Position numbers and translations under genes: made by a program. A stretch of 63,525 nucleotides of DNA, counting the filler, from Octopus bimaculoides (lineage: Eukaryota), in the NCBI RefSeq assembly GCF_001194135.2. It is 5 parts of 5 records of this genome, joined end to end, with 100 filler letters (N's around TTAATTAATTAA, not from the genome) between each part and the next. Parts side by side here need not be neighbours in the genome. Positions count along the whole stretch, not along the records: positions 1 to 26,352 come from NC_068985.1; 4 more parts are not named here. One strand, given 5' to 3'. Below the pieces are notes generated by a model, which made no database searches, had not been told where the DNA came from, and saw nothing but the letters and a program-made list of their open reading frames with translations. This document shows, piece after piece, positions 1-12,775 of the stretch (its first letter is position 1; each line of letters starts with the position of its first letter).

Positions 1-39
<39 letters not shown>

Positions 40-100
40 CATATATGCATATATATATATACATATACATATACATATATACATACATACATTTATCTGC
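1..100. repeat. (TA)n/(TACA)n microsatellite
   Basis: Direct read of sequence. Confidence 0.95.
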
Positions 101-343
101 GTGTGTGTATGTGTTTATGTGTGTGTGCGTGTAAGTGTGTATGTTTGTGTTTTGTCAGTCCCCACATTACTTGTCAACCATCTTTGTTTATGTCCTCGTA
201 ACTTACCGCTGCGGCAAAGGCTACCGACAGAATAAGTGCCAGACTTGAAAAGAGAATAATGGTTAGACTCTGTTCGACTAAAACCTTTCAAAGCAGTACT
301 CCAGCATGGTCGTATTCCAATGACTGAAACAAACGATAAAAGA
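100..343 (+). mobile_element. SINE family A, 3' half
   Basis: Matches the 3' module of the family A copies at 20849-21385 and 47078-47488 (..ccagcatgg..aatgactgaaac..aaaaga). Confidence 0.8.
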
Positions 344-344
344 A

Positions 345-712
345 TCGTGGCACTCCGTTGGTTACAACAACGAGGGTTCCAGTTGATCCAATTAACGGAA
401 CAGCCTGCTCGTGAATTTAACGTGCAAGTGGTTGAGCACTCCACAGATACATGTAACCTTAATGTAGTTCTCGGGGAGATTCAGAGTGACAAAGAGCGTG
501 ACAAGGCTGGCCCTCGAAATACAGGTACAACGGAGACACGAAGAAAGAGTGAGAGAAAGTTGTGGGGAAAGAGTAGAGCAGGGTTCGCCACCACTCCCTG
601 CCGGAGACTCGTGGAGTTTTAGGTGTTTTCGCTCAATAAACGCTCACAATGCCCGGTCTGGTTATCGAATTCGCGAGTCCGCTGCCCTAACCACTGGGCC
701 ATTGCGCCTCCA
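345..712 (-). mobile_element. SINE family B (tRNA-Arg-like head, no CORE, long tail)
   Basis: Minus strand starts GTGGAGGCGCAATGGCCCAGTGGTTAGGGCAGCGGACTCGCG (A-box); homologous to 5774-6130, 8188-8562 and 18291-18625. Confidence 0.9.
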
Positions 713-1661
713 CGATAAAAAGAATATAAAAGATTATAAAAAGAATAGTAATGGAATTATAGAAAGTAGGGCATGATACCAAACAAAAATGTAAAGTGCT
801 TCGTATCATTACTGAGTTGCATCTGAATTATTCATTTATTAATTTTTTTTTAGCTCAGATCACTGCGAAATTATATTCTTCTTTTGTGTAGACAATACAA
901 ATACAATATAAAAACTGGGTTTAGTATAATCCATTGTGTTGCTTTAATCCATTGTCTTTGGCCGTTGAGGACAACGACCTTTCACCATTTCAATTCAATG
1001 TCGGTCAAGAAAACCTCCCACTCAACATCAACATTGCAAGTGCTATGCCTAAATTAGAAATAATATTTGTTTAAAGGCGACAGACTGGCAGAATCGTTAA
1101 AGCATCGGGAAATATGCTTTGCTGTATTTCATTATTTCTTGCGTCCCTTTACATCCTGGGTTCAAAACCAGAAAAGATCTACAGTTACAACAGCTGAACC
1201 AATATCAACAATGACAAAAAAAAATAAAAATAGAAAAACCACAGCAGCCATAATGCCCTCAACTGCAGTAGAAATTGTAAATAACAACAACAGTAGAACC
1301 ATGAACATCAACATTAAATTCGTCAGAATCAGTAATTGACTATAACAAAATAGTTGCCATCCAGAGGATATTCCAACGTGTATTCTTTCAACCATACCCT
1401 TATTCCGTTCATTTCTCCATGTTCTGACATATGCACACAAGAAAATATGTTTTGTTCCCATGTGTGTCACAGTTTTCCAACCATAATGCACAGCGAGATG
1501 AAAGGCAAAGAAATTGAAAAATTTGAAATATCAAAAAGGAAATTTAACAATATAGAAAGTACCAGTCAAGTTCTAGGGTCAATGTTATTTACTAGTCTCA
1601 AACCCAATTGCAGGCTTTGTAGTAACATTTGAAACAGTTATCATTATCCTTATTATTGAAT

Positions 1662-1872
1662 GCGAGGAGCCGGCAGAATCGTTAGCACGCCAGGCGAGAT
1701 GCTTAGCGATATTTCATCTGCCGTTACGTCCTGAGTTCAAATTCTGCCCAAGTCGACTTTGCTTTTCATCCTCTCGGGATCGATAAAATAAGTACCAGGG
1801 AAACACTGAGGTCGATGTAATCGACTAGTCCCTTCTCCCCAAATTCCAGGCTTTGTGTCTTAGTAGAAAGGG
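1662..1872 (+). mobile_element. SINE family C (Pol III head + GTCGACTTTGCCTTTCATCC domain)
   Basis: GAGCCGGCAGAATCGTTAG head, GAGTTCAAATTC B-box; more than 15 homologues in the window. Confidence 0.9.
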
Positions 1873-1881
1873 GTTATTATT

Positions 1882-1977
1882 AAGGCTGCAACTCGGCAGA
1901 ATTGTTAGCGCGTCGGAAAACAAATGCTTCGCAGCAGCAGTTCTTCCTGCTCTTTGCGTTCTGAGTTCAAATTCTTC
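1882..1977 (+). mobile_element. SINE family C, head only, tandem to the previous copy
   Basis: CTCGGCAGAATTGTTAGCGCGTCGG..CTGAGTTCAAATTC. Confidence 0.75.
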
Positions 1978-2050
1978 GATTTACAGGTCATTCAATCGTC
2001 AGCGAATACCCTAACCACTACGACACACGCCTTTACTAGCCTCAGATCTA

Positions 2051-2177
2051 CAGGGTGTCTACAAAGTCTGGGTACATGAGGATTAACACATACTTTGAGA
2101 AATTATTATTTCTTATATTTAATTGTTTATGTTATGATTTTATTTACTCCATGTACCCAGACCTTGTGGACACCCTG
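2051..2177. mobile_element. Tc1/mariner-type MITE, 127 bp
   Basis: 28-bp TIRs CAGGGTGTCTACAAAGTCTGGGTACATG vs CAGGGTGTCCACAAGGTCTGGGTACATG (2 mismatches); TA on both flanks (2049-50, 2178-79). Confidence 0.9.
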
Positions 2178-2536
2178 TAAATGTGGTCTGACATAGGAAA
2201 CTAAAAGTCAAATAAATATCAGCCATGATCAGACTGTTTCTTTCATACATGGTGTGGTGTTTCTTCTACTGAAAAATCTCAGGATTTATGTTACTCTGAG
2301 AAACTTTTTTTTTACTATAAATTGTATTCTTTGTTTTATTTCTGGGAAGGAATTTACCTAAAGTTAAGTCAACACATGTTACATTATTCATAACTATAAT
2401 TGGTATTTTGGAGAAGCAGAAGATTTCTGGGCTCGTATAAAACTCACGTAACTCATACCGTTTACTTCTCACTTCGCATCTATTTCTAGTTTGTTATTTG
2501 CTGCTCCATGCATTAAATATCTCAGCACTGACTTAC

Positions 2537-2586
2537 CTTGTACTTTATTAGTTTACTGTGCTGCACATCAACCCTCCTATGGATTA
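2537..2586 (-). CDS. Candidate 50-nt internal exon, unknown product (xIHRRVDVQHSKLIKYK)
   Basis: Acceptor ttgttttacag, donor AAG|gtaagt, one open frame. No homology recognised; could be chance. Confidence 0.3.
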
Positions 2587-3269
2587 CTGTAAAACAATAT
2601 TGATATTATTCGTCGTGCAGTTATTCAATACCCGCAGAAGCCAGCAACTAGATTACTCGAAAATGAGTTATAGAAGAACCGAGAAAATCTAGAATTTATG
2701 AGATTAATACACATGAGAAATGAATCCCTTTCTGACTTCTTCACAGTTTTAGGTAAATGCCGTTTTTTTGTTTTGGCATTTTTCTTGAGAGTAACCTGAC
2801 ATTTTGACTATCATGAATATTTTTTGAAGCACAGCGACAATGCTGTTACACTCAATTGAATTTACACTCTTCGTATGCATAACACGAAAAAATTCGACTA
2901 CGGATGATTTCGTGAATTCTCAGGTGTCAAATATGTCCAACCGATGTCCTGAATAGTAGATAAACGCCTCTCAGTTTGCACTGTCACCAATTAGACGTAA
3001 AACCAAGTCCTGCAGTTAAATGACAAAAATGACAAAGATGAAGAGGTCATTGGAAAATAGTTTGGTGTCAGACAGCTGTTTGAAATTCTTTGACTATAAA
3101 TAATCGCTGTCAGAAAAACTGAAAGCAAACGAAAACGATCTGTGACAGCGTTAGTTTAAGCGATTCAGTTTCCTGGTCTGTTATAAAACAGAATTTACCA
3201 CTTATAATATCTTTTCATTCAAATGTGATTAAGATTTGAAATGTATTCAGGATTCCATAGCGAAGAATA

Positions 3270-3480
3270 ATTCTTTCTACTTTGTGGCAGATGGCGAGCA
3301 AATTTTTACAGAGAAACAAGTCAATTACATCGTCTCCAGTCCTTGAGTGGTACCTATTTTATCGATCGCATAAATACGAAGGCCAGCGAAAATTGAATTC
3401 AGCACGTAAAGAGCCGGGAGAAATGACGCCAAGCATCTTATCCGGTGTGCTCACGATTCTGCAAACTTGTTGCATTTCCA
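3270..3480 (-). mobile_element. SINE family C, diverged
   Basis: Reverse complement of the family C head and central domain. Confidence 0.75.
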
Positions 3481-3715
3481 TATTTTAAAACATAGTATAA
3501 AGCAGCAGTTTGTGTATCATACTTAAAATAGATACAGCGCTGAAAGCCTGCTAAACTGTGATATTAATTTCGAGATTTCATTTCATAAAGATGTACAATG
3601 TCAAAACCCACAGGAATATATCAGTAGGTGACGAAAATCGCCGAAGATCGGTGGCGATATCGCTAAATACATATTTCAACCTCTTTGGGTCACGTCGATA
3701 TCAAGTATCCAGTAA

Positions 3716-3930
3716 AGGCGGTGAGCTGGCAAAAACGTTAGCACGCCGGGCGAAATGCTTAGCAGTATTTCGTCTACCTTTACGTTCTGAGTTCCAATTC
3801 CGCCGAGGTCGACTTTGCCTTTCATCCCTTCGGGAGTCGATAAATTAAGTACCGGCTGGTACTGCGGTCGATCTAATTGACTGGCGCCTTCCACCAAAAT
3901 GTCGGGCTTTGTGCCTAGAATAGAAGAGAA
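3716..3930 (+). mobile_element. SINE family C, near full length
   Basis: GGCGGTGAGCTGGCAAAAACGTTAGCACGCCGGGCGAAATGC..GTCGACTTTGCCTTTCATCC..GTGCCTAGAATAGAA. Confidence 0.92.
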
Positions 3931-4583
3931 TATCAAGTATCCAATAATAACCACATACTAAAACATAACCAGTCACTGCTATTATACTAAAACAATAATT
4001 GAAAAAAATACTGATGTTACAAACAGCTTTATGCTGTCAGTTTTCATTACAGTTCGTTCATTTCTCAGTTTCGACTCTCAGTAGAAGCTGTTATCCACCA
4101 TTAACCGAATTTACAACATGATTGATATATGAAAGACGTATTTAAAGAAGTACTTGTGCATAAAATAAAATATATCGCAAGTGCACGACTATGCTTTTTT
4201 TAATTCAGATCTCATCGAGGTCACCTTTGCCTTTCATCCTTCTGATGGTGTTTCCGAAAACGATGGAAAGTCGGTAAAAATATCTTGCCTCATTTATTCT
4301 GATTCTTTGCGTTCTGAATTACAAACACACCATGGCTTACATAGGTTGTACCTGTAATATGTGTCACCCAATTTCTCACCAGCACCTGGTCCTTGGTTGC
4401 TTTAGCGGGGTTTACTCTTTCGAAACTTTGGGGCAAAGTCTCCAGCTATAGGATACCTAACTCCTTCATCTCCATCACTTTCGTATCCCTTGTAGAAAGT
4501 AAAGGATGCTACCTTCTCCAACCAGATTAGAGGAGAAAGAAAATTTCCGATTATCAATCATCAACAACAGACTTGTTAATATA

Positions 4584-5137
4584 CGAAGTCTGATCAAAGA
4601 GTACCATGACTGGTGAAATAAAAAGTAGACTACAGCACATATGAATTGGGCATTTAATTACCTTCGAGGTAGTCCCCTTTCGAAATCAGACCCTTATCCA
4701 GTGTCGTTTCCATTGGTAGAAGCATACTTGGAACTCCTCTTTCTTTTTTTTTTTTTTTGTATAGCGAGTAGCTGCTTCATCGCATGCTCTTAGATTTCTT
4801 CGATATCTTGAATCTTCCTTTCAAACCTTGGTTTCGGATCATAGACATAGACCCACGATTCATCACATATTAGAACAGTTTCAAAACGTGTCACCGTCCC
4901 CGGCGCAGTCAAGGAGACCATGCGCAGTTGAAACCCGATCTTCTTTTTGGAACGACCACACACTGCGCACTTTACTTCCAAGCACTTCTATGAACAGTAG
5001 AAGTGGGCATGAACTTTATAATATAGTGCGCATGCACGACAGAGGTCAAGGTCAAGCCGTGCCAAACGGCTTTACTCTCTGCGTATTTTAGCTCCGTCAC
5101 CATAGCAACAAACTCGGTAATGCTTGATCAGACCTCG
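4584..5137 (-). mobile_element. Internally deleted mariner element, 554 bp
   Basis: TIRs CGAAGTCTGATCAAA vs CGAGGTCTGATCAAG with TA flanks. Minus strand encodes the first catalytic Asp motif (ETVLICDESWVYVYDP) fused to the C-terminal EEFQVCFYQWKRHW. Confidence 0.88.
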
Positions 5138-5139
5138 TA

Positions 5140-5155
5140 TATGTGTGCGTGTGTA

Positions 5156-5213
<58 letters not shown>

Positions 5214-5290
5214 TGTATGTATATATATATATAGATATATATATATAGAGAGAGAGAGAGAGAAAGAGAAAGCGGGGGAGAGCGAGAGAG
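5140..5290. repeat. (TA)n-(GA)n compound microsatellite
   Basis: Direct read. Confidence 0.95.
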
Positions 5291-5773
5291 AGAAATCCTT
5301 GGAAGGTTGTGTCTGTACACAAAGAAGGGTGTAGTCAATATACACAAATGACAGGTTGCACATTTAATTAGAACCTGAAACAAGCATTCTGAATCGTTAC
5401 ACTAAGTTTCACGTCACCGATAATCCGAACTATTGAAGATGGAAAACGGCATAACAATAAAAAGACATATATAACCTCAGATACGTCGAAACATTGGTTA
5501 ATCATCGATATTTAATTAGTTGCCAAAAATCTATTTAAAAATCCGTTAAAATTTATCAGTTTAATAGTCATAAGCAGAACACGTGATATACTCGTCTATT
5601 CATACAAAAATCACGTGTTTTCATGTCTTCAGTATTATATATGCAAAATACACGAAAGCAAGGAATTAGCAAATTTTTACGAAGCTTTTTGTGTTATATA
5701 TGCGTAAAACAAAACGCCCGTACGCGGTCATTATTTATGTAGTATTACTATTGATATTAGTTAAGAAATAGAC

Positions 5774-6130
5774 GAGGCGCAATGGCCCACTAGTTAGGGC
5801 AGCAGACTCGCGGTCATGGGATAGCGGTTTCGATTCTCAGACCTGGGTTGTGAGTGTTTATTGAGCGAAAACACCTAACGCTCCACGAGGCTCCGGCAGG
5901 GGATGGTGGCGAACCCTGCTGTACTCTTTCACCACAACTTTCTCTCACTCTTTCTTCCTGTTTCTGTTGTAACTGTATTTCTAAAGGCCAGCCTTGTCAC
6001 GCTAAATATCTCCGAGAACTACGTTAAGGGTCCACATATCTGTGGAGTGCTCAGCCACTTTCATGTTAATTTCACGAGCAGGCTGTTCCGTTGATCGAAA
6101 CCCTCGACATCGTAAGCGACGGAGTGCCAA
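5774..6130 (+). mobile_element. SINE family B, full length
   Basis: GAGGCGCAATGGCCCACTAGTTAGGGCAGCAGACTCGCGGTC..GGTTTCGATTC head; tail ..GACGGAGTGCCA. Confidence 0.9.
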
Positions 6131-7571
6131 CAACAAAATAGTTAAGAAATTACATATCTATTATTTCGGAAATAATCTGTTTCAACCAGTTGGTATCTGG
6201 AAAAATCTTCATTAAATTTGAAGAGATGTATCTGAACTTTTGTCAGATTTGCAAACATGCTCTAAAAGGATGCACTGGGGTTGAGGTAATCAACTCAACC
6301 CTTTGTCTGTCCTTGTTTGTTCTCTCCATGTTTAGCCCCCCGTGGGCAATAAAGAAATATATTTACAAATATTTTTGCTCATATAGCTGCACGTTTCTTC
6401 CTTCTTTAATTACTTGAATAATTGTCAGCGTTAAACACGGATTCAAAACAAGAAGATTCAGTTTCAACTTCTTCACACCAACACGTTCGTCTTTTCTTTC
6501 ATTTTATCATGTATCTATTACAGCGCTGTTATATAAACCAAAGCGTGTTCGCCATGTTTTGTGGATATTGGATATATCGACCCACTCAGTTGTGAAAGTC
6601 AGGTTTTAGATTGATTAAAGATACAGATATAGCATTAGTTAAGCTACGCACACACAAATAATTAACGGAGACCCAGAATGTGTTAGTGGAAGATTTATTT
6701 AGTTAAAAACATGAGGGCGAGCAGCCGACAGTCAACTTCTGCTACGTAGAAGTCCTGTTTATCCGGAAGTCATCTTCGCTGCAGACCAGCTCCTTATTTA
6801 ACCCACAACCAAGGTTTTGTTTACAGTTCGTCTGTCATAAATCTTTGGGCAAAGCCCTACATAGATTGAGCAAATTGAAAGAGAATGTGAAAAATGCGCA
6901 GCTTAACTAATGCGACGAAGGAAGAATGAACCAACGAGAGAGATAGAAATATTTGCCAAAATTTCCTCAAATCACAACTTACTACAGCATCTCCTAAATA
7001 TTTGAGTCTGTTTAAGCCATTACAGACTTTGAAAGCCGCCCAACCGGTTACATACCTAGTAAACTATCGTGACAATCTCGAAGTTTACAGGAGAGAATTC
7101 CAAAGAGTTGTTATGTGATATGTACATTCATAAAGTCAATTTATTATCTATGATAACCTATTTTAAGTAAGAAAAATGATATATAGTATTCGAAATATCA
7201 TTAAGTAATCTATTTTCATCAGACGTAAAGTACGATACCCGATCACTTCAAATGTTTAGCTTCGTCTATTATTAGAATCCATTATGAGAAACAAATGAAG
7301 GTATATTATGACTGAAAGTAAGTAAATCTTGATAACAATTTACAGTGTGTTTCAAAAATTTATTTTCCTTTATTTTGTAACGATGTCAAATGCTTATCAC
7401 TTTCAACGTTGGTAAATTATACTTTATATCAGATAAAAATTGATTATTTGTTGATTTTATGAATATAAATATTGAAAAGGAAACTTTTTCATATAAACTT
7501 AATCTTTTGGCAGACTCACTCTGTCTGTCTCTCTCTCTCGATGTGTGTATGCGCGTATCTTTGTATGTGTG

Positions 7572-7625
<54 letters not shown>

Positions 7626-7789
7626 GTTTCTTTCTTTTCTTTTTTTTACAAAATACCGTTTTCATCTTCCTAGTTTAATATTATCTGAATAGGAATTGAA
7701 CATTTAGTTTAGGTTTTAAACGAAGATTTATATTCACTTAAAGTTTCATTGACTTCTTGGTACAATCAGTTCCTTTATGAAAATAACGG

Positions 7790-8150
7790 TTTCAGGCTTC
7801 AGCACAAGGCGAGAAAATTATGAGGGAGAAGGTNNNNNNNNNNNNNNNNNNNNNNNNNNNNNNNNNNNNNNNNNNNNNNNNNNNNNNNNNNNNNNNNNNN
7901 NNNNNNNNNNNNNNNNNNNNNNNNNNNNNNNNNNNNNNNNNNNNNNNNNNNNNNNNNNNNNNNNNNNNNNNNNNNNNNNNNNNNNNNNNNNNNNNNNNNN
8001 NNNNNNNNNNNNNNNNNNNNNNNNNNNNNNNNNNNNNNNNNNNAAGATATGTTGGCCCTGGCGAAATTTGAAGTTAGCATGTAAAGTACCGGAAGAAGTA
8101 CTGCCTGGTTAGTTTGTCTGGCATTCTTACGATTCTACCTGCTCGTTGCC
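7790..8150 (-). mobile_element. SINE family C spanning an N gap
   Basis: Tail motif CAGCACAAGGC left of the gap; head (..GATTCTACCTGCTCGTTGCC) right of the gap. Confidence 0.6.
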
Positions 8151-8187
8151 TATTTGAACATAATAATACTTCAATAGACAAAGCCGT

Positions 8188-8562
8188 CGTGGTACTCCGT
8201 CGGTTACGACGACGAGAGTTCCAGTTGATCCAATCAACGGAACAGCCTGCTTGTGAAATTAACGTTTCAGCACTCCACAGACATGTCTACCCTTAAAGTA
8301 TTTGTTGGGGAAATTCAGCGTGACACAGATTGTGACACAGCTGGCCCTTTGAAATACAGGTACAATGGAAGCAGGAAGAAAGAGTGAGAAAAGGTTGTGG
8401 TGAGAGAATACAGCAGTGTTCGCCGCCACCCTCTGCCGGAGCCTCGTGGAGATTTAGGTGTTTTCGCTCAATAAACACTCACAACGCCCAGTCTGGGCAT
8501 CGAAACCGCGATCGTACGATCGAGAGTCCACTGCTCTAACCAATGGGCCATTGCGCCTCCAC
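8188..8562 (-). mobile_element. SINE family B, full length
   Basis: Homologous to 345-712. Confidence 0.9.
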
Positions 8563-8789
8563 AGTAGACAAAGTATACACGATAGGAAGAAAATATCAAG
8601 TACCAAGAACTGGTGGGAAAAACAAGTTCAGGTGGATACAGTAAACATAAATCTGTCATTAGCCAGAGGACACACATAAGGCTGGAGTTTAACCAGATTG
8701 CCATTGTGTATCAGAGACTGAGATTACAACATTCCTTCCTGGACGAGACGCCAATACGTTGTAGAGTAAACTTCCCAGCTATTGTTGAA

Positions 8790-8937
8790 ACTCTTTTACA
8801 GCGGAGTGGATTGGATAATGCAAAATTAAATGCTTTGCGCAAATTCAGAACGCATCACCCGGTACGGGAATCGAAACTACGATCTTAAGATCGAGGTCGT
8901 GCGTTCAACAACCAAGCAATCAGGCCACGCTCCTTCA
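8790..8937 (-). mobile_element. SINE family D (tRNA-Arg-like head + CORE-like domain), diverged
   Basis: Reverse complement resembles 19367-19500. Confidence 0.6.
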
Positions 8938-9563
8938 GTGATGCAATGAATATGCATATATAAAGGTAATAAAAGAACTGTTTTATTTATAGAATTTTAT
9001 ATTCATGAGATGGATACATCTGACATCAACAGTTTGAATATTAAGTATGAAATTTCAGTTTACAGCGTCCATCGATGTTAAGTATGCTTATTTAAGAGGT
9101 CCTTGGTGAAGCTAAATCCAGTTCCGATGGCTTAGTATCTTAGAAATGTAATTAAAATGTGTCAGCAGCTGGTCGATGAGATTTACATCTGTTTGAGTGC
9201 CTCTATCGTTCTGGAAAGCACTAAAACAAATGTATTTGTACAATATTTTTGATTCTGAATCCACTTGCATCTCAATCAATGCTTCTAAGCTAGACCAATA
9301 CCGACATTTTCTATTCCAAGAAATAGCACATTCACGAAATCCATAGAATTTGAAGATACTCTAGACCAACTTCACAATTTCTCCTCAAGTTTTCGAGATG
9401 TGTTGTACTGACGAGTAATTCATTACCTGAAATTTCTTCATTTGCTTCAAGAATCAGACAAATTCTGGAAATTACTACGACCTCAATAACATTATACACT
9501 CATTCACACACATGCGTACTCTCGCGGTTGTATGCACGTACATACATCAATACATTCTTCACT

Positions 9564-10005
9564 GAAAAACAGAACTCTTACCCTAAACTACTGAAAAATC
9601 TGCAGTTACGCTATTCAGATCACAAGTGCAGGTCTATACCTGTAATTATTGGGAGACGGGGATAAGTAACACACTGCTCAAATCCAATGTTGTGAACTTA
9701 GGCTTCTCAAAACCAGAAAGGAGAAAGCTAATTCGAAGACTACAGATCCAGTCCATCACTGGAACTGTAAAGATCTGTAAAACTTTCCACAGGTTTATCC
9801 TTTAGATATATATCTGCATGTCTTGAGATGCAACTATATGCATGAGAATACATGCATAAAGCAAAGCATACAAATCTGCACATATACATACAAACAAAAA
9901 GACACTGTTGATGTTGAAATTCCATGAAGGAGCCTTGAATATAGGTTAGAAACCAACTCTTTCTATATTGACAAGGATTCTTGAAATAAAACTGAACAAT
10001 GACAT
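9564..10005 (+). mobile_element. 5'-truncated RLE-type (R4/NeSL-like) non-LTR retrotransposon tail
   Basis: Encodes EKQNSYPKLLKNLQLRYSDHKCRSIPVIIG / (frameshift) / LGFSKPERRKLIRRLQIQSITGTVKICKTF (stop 9803-9805), the typical end of a restriction-like endonuclease domain; the 3'UTR runs into (TA)/(TACA)n. Confidence 0.7.
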
Positions 10006-10039
10006 AAATATATGTATATACATACATACGTTCATACAT

Positions 10040-10092
<53 letters not shown>

Positions 10093-10120
10093 TATATATG
10101 TGTGTGTGTGTGTGTGTGTG

Positions 10121-10310
10121 CTTTATCTCTTACTTGTTTCAGTCATGCTGGAGCACCGACTCGAATAATTTTGGTCGAACGAGTCGACCCCAGTAATTAT
10201 TTTTTTAAGGTCTGGTACTTATTCTATCGTTCTGTTTTGCCCAACCGCCAATTTACGGATGCGTAAACACACCAATACCGGTTGTCAAGCGGTGACGAGG
10301 GACATAAAAA
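10121..10310 (-). mobile_element. SINE family A, 3' half
   Basis: cttacttgtttcagtcatgctggagcaccg..gtaaacacacc..ggttgtcaagcg. Confidence 0.85.
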
Positions 10311-10319
10311 GTTGTGCGC

Positions 10320-10840
<521 letters not shown>

Positions 10841-10844
10841 GAGT

Positions 10845-10975
10845 GTGTGCGTCTCTGTGTTTTTCCCCCACCAGTAATAGATACTGGGGCGATTCGTTTG
10901 ACTACAATTCTTGAAGGCGGTGCCCCAGCTTGGCATCTGTCAAATAACTGTAACAAGTAAGAGATGAAATACATA
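10845..10975 (+). mobile_element. SINE family A, deleted 3' part
   Basis: ctggggcgattcgtttgact..gaaggcggtgccccagc..aacaagtaagaga. Confidence 0.7.
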
Positions 10976-11573
10976 AAGCATTCCTTCGTATTCGAAGCCT
11001 TCATCACATTATATCCAACTGACTTTTCATACGATAAATATGCAAGTTCTCAATAATAATAGAGCAAATACGACTAAATGTCGAACATCGTTGGCTGACA
11101 CGCTGTGAAAATTAATGAGCTTTAAAAGGAATCCATAATTTGTATAACTTGAACGCTATAACACATAGAAGGGGATCTTCAATATTGTTATGGCAAGAAA
11201 TAAATGAAGAGACACAGAGAGAGAAAGAAAAACCTCAAAAATTCAAGCATAATTGTGTTGCAATGAAATGATTTAGATATGTCTCTTGGTTTTTATCTTG
11301 TTATTCGACTTGTGAATATTCGCAAGCTTGGCTGATAAATAGAAAGCCATGAATGTTCTGTCCTGGTTTTCTTGTTCGATTTTGTATCGTCCATCTGTCT
11401 GTACGTTTTTATTGTCGTCCGTTACGTTCTTGTTCCGTTTTCTTGGATTTATATATACATATAGCGGCTTACGTACACCTTTTGCTCAGCTTGTAAGTAT
11501 ATATATATATATATATATACAAACATACATGGACAAATGTAGCAACATGTGTACTTGATCTAGGAGCTAATTG

Positions 11574-11619
<46 letters not shown>

Positions 11620-11689
11620 GGTTTTTAAACTTTTAAATTTTCATATTCAAAAGAGACAGAGACTTCAAATTCGATATATCGATTTATTC

Positions 11690-11775
11690 ACCACTCTATG
11701 TTAACATTTCTGTGCCAAACTTATCCAGTGACTGGTCCATTGGATTTAGACATTTGGCACTTCTTCAGGAGTGGT
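11690..11775 (-). ncRNA. Type I hammerhead ribozyme motif (Penelope-like pLTR)
   Basis: Minus: ACCACTC-CUGAAGA-A-GUGCCAAA[33 nt]UUUGGCAC-A-GAA-AUGUUAACAU(palindrome)-A^-GAGUGGU; stem I 7 bp, stem II 8 bp. Confidence 0.8.
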
Positions 11776-12736
11776 TACCTTTCGAACAAAACACGAAAAA
11801 ACACATACATAACTATTATTAGGTCTNNNNNNNNNNNNNNNNNNNNNNNNNNNNNNNNNNNNNNNNNNNNNNNNNNNNNNNNNNNNNNNNNNNNNNNNNN
11901 NNNNNNNNNNNNNNNNNNNNNNNNNNNNNNNNNNNNNNNNNNNNNNNNNNNNNNNNNNNNNNNNNNNNNNNNNNNNNNNNNNNNNNNNNNNNNNNNNNNN
12001 NNNNNNNNNNNNNNNNNNNNNNNNNNNNNNNNNNNNNNNNNNNNNNNNNNNNNNNNNNNNNNNNNNNNNNNNNNNNNNNNNNNNNNNNNNNNNNNNNNNN
12101 NNNNNNNNNNNNNNNNNNNNNNNNNNNNNNNNNNNNNNNNNNNNNNNNNNNNNNNNNNNNNNNNNNNNNNNNNNNNNNNNNNNNNNNNNNNNNNNNNNNN
12201 NNNNNNNNNNNNNNNNNNNNNNNNNNNNNNNNNNNNNNNNNNNNNNNNNNNNNNNNNNNNNNNNNNNNNNNNNNNNNNNNNNNNNNNNNNNNNNNNNNNN
12301 NNNNNNNNNNNNNNNNNNNNNNNNNNNNNNNNNNNNNNNNNNNNNNNNNNNNNNNNNNNNNNNNNNNNNNNNNNNNNNNNNNNNNNNNNNNNNNNNNNNN
12401 NNNNNNNNNNNNNNNNNNNNNNNNNNNNNNNNNNNNNNNNNNNNNNNNNNNNNNNNNNNNNNNNNNNNNNNNNNNNNNNNNNNNNNNNNNNNNNNNNNNN
12501 NNNNNNNNNNNNNNNNNNNNNNNNNNNNNNNNNNNNNNNNNNNNNNNNNNNNNNNNNNNNNNNNNNNNNNNNNNNNNNNNNNNNNNNNNNNNNNNNNNNN
12601 NNNNNNTGAAATGACCGGAAGCGAAAGGGTGGAGAAAAAGTTCTTTTCAAAGACAGGAGAGTGCAAGAGAAGGAAGTATGTGTGTGTGTGTGTGGTTATG
12701 TGCGTTCGCTCAAGTCTGTGTGTGTGTGTAATGATA

Positions 12737-12775
<39 letters not shown>

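Noticed and set aside
975-1500. Minus-strand peptides HSTCNVDVEWEVFLTDIELKW and WLKEYTLEYPLDG (discoidin-like)
   Set aside because: Short, phase-incompatible with the 2537-2586 candidate, similarity too weak.
5425-5510. CTATTGAAGATG..CGTCGAAAC hammerhead-like words
   Set aside because: No stem I pairing and altered core.
11698-12666. Long ORFs of 150-340 aa in the track (also 30735, 39515, 46038, 54091, 57145)
   Set aside because: Consist mostly of X from N gaps.
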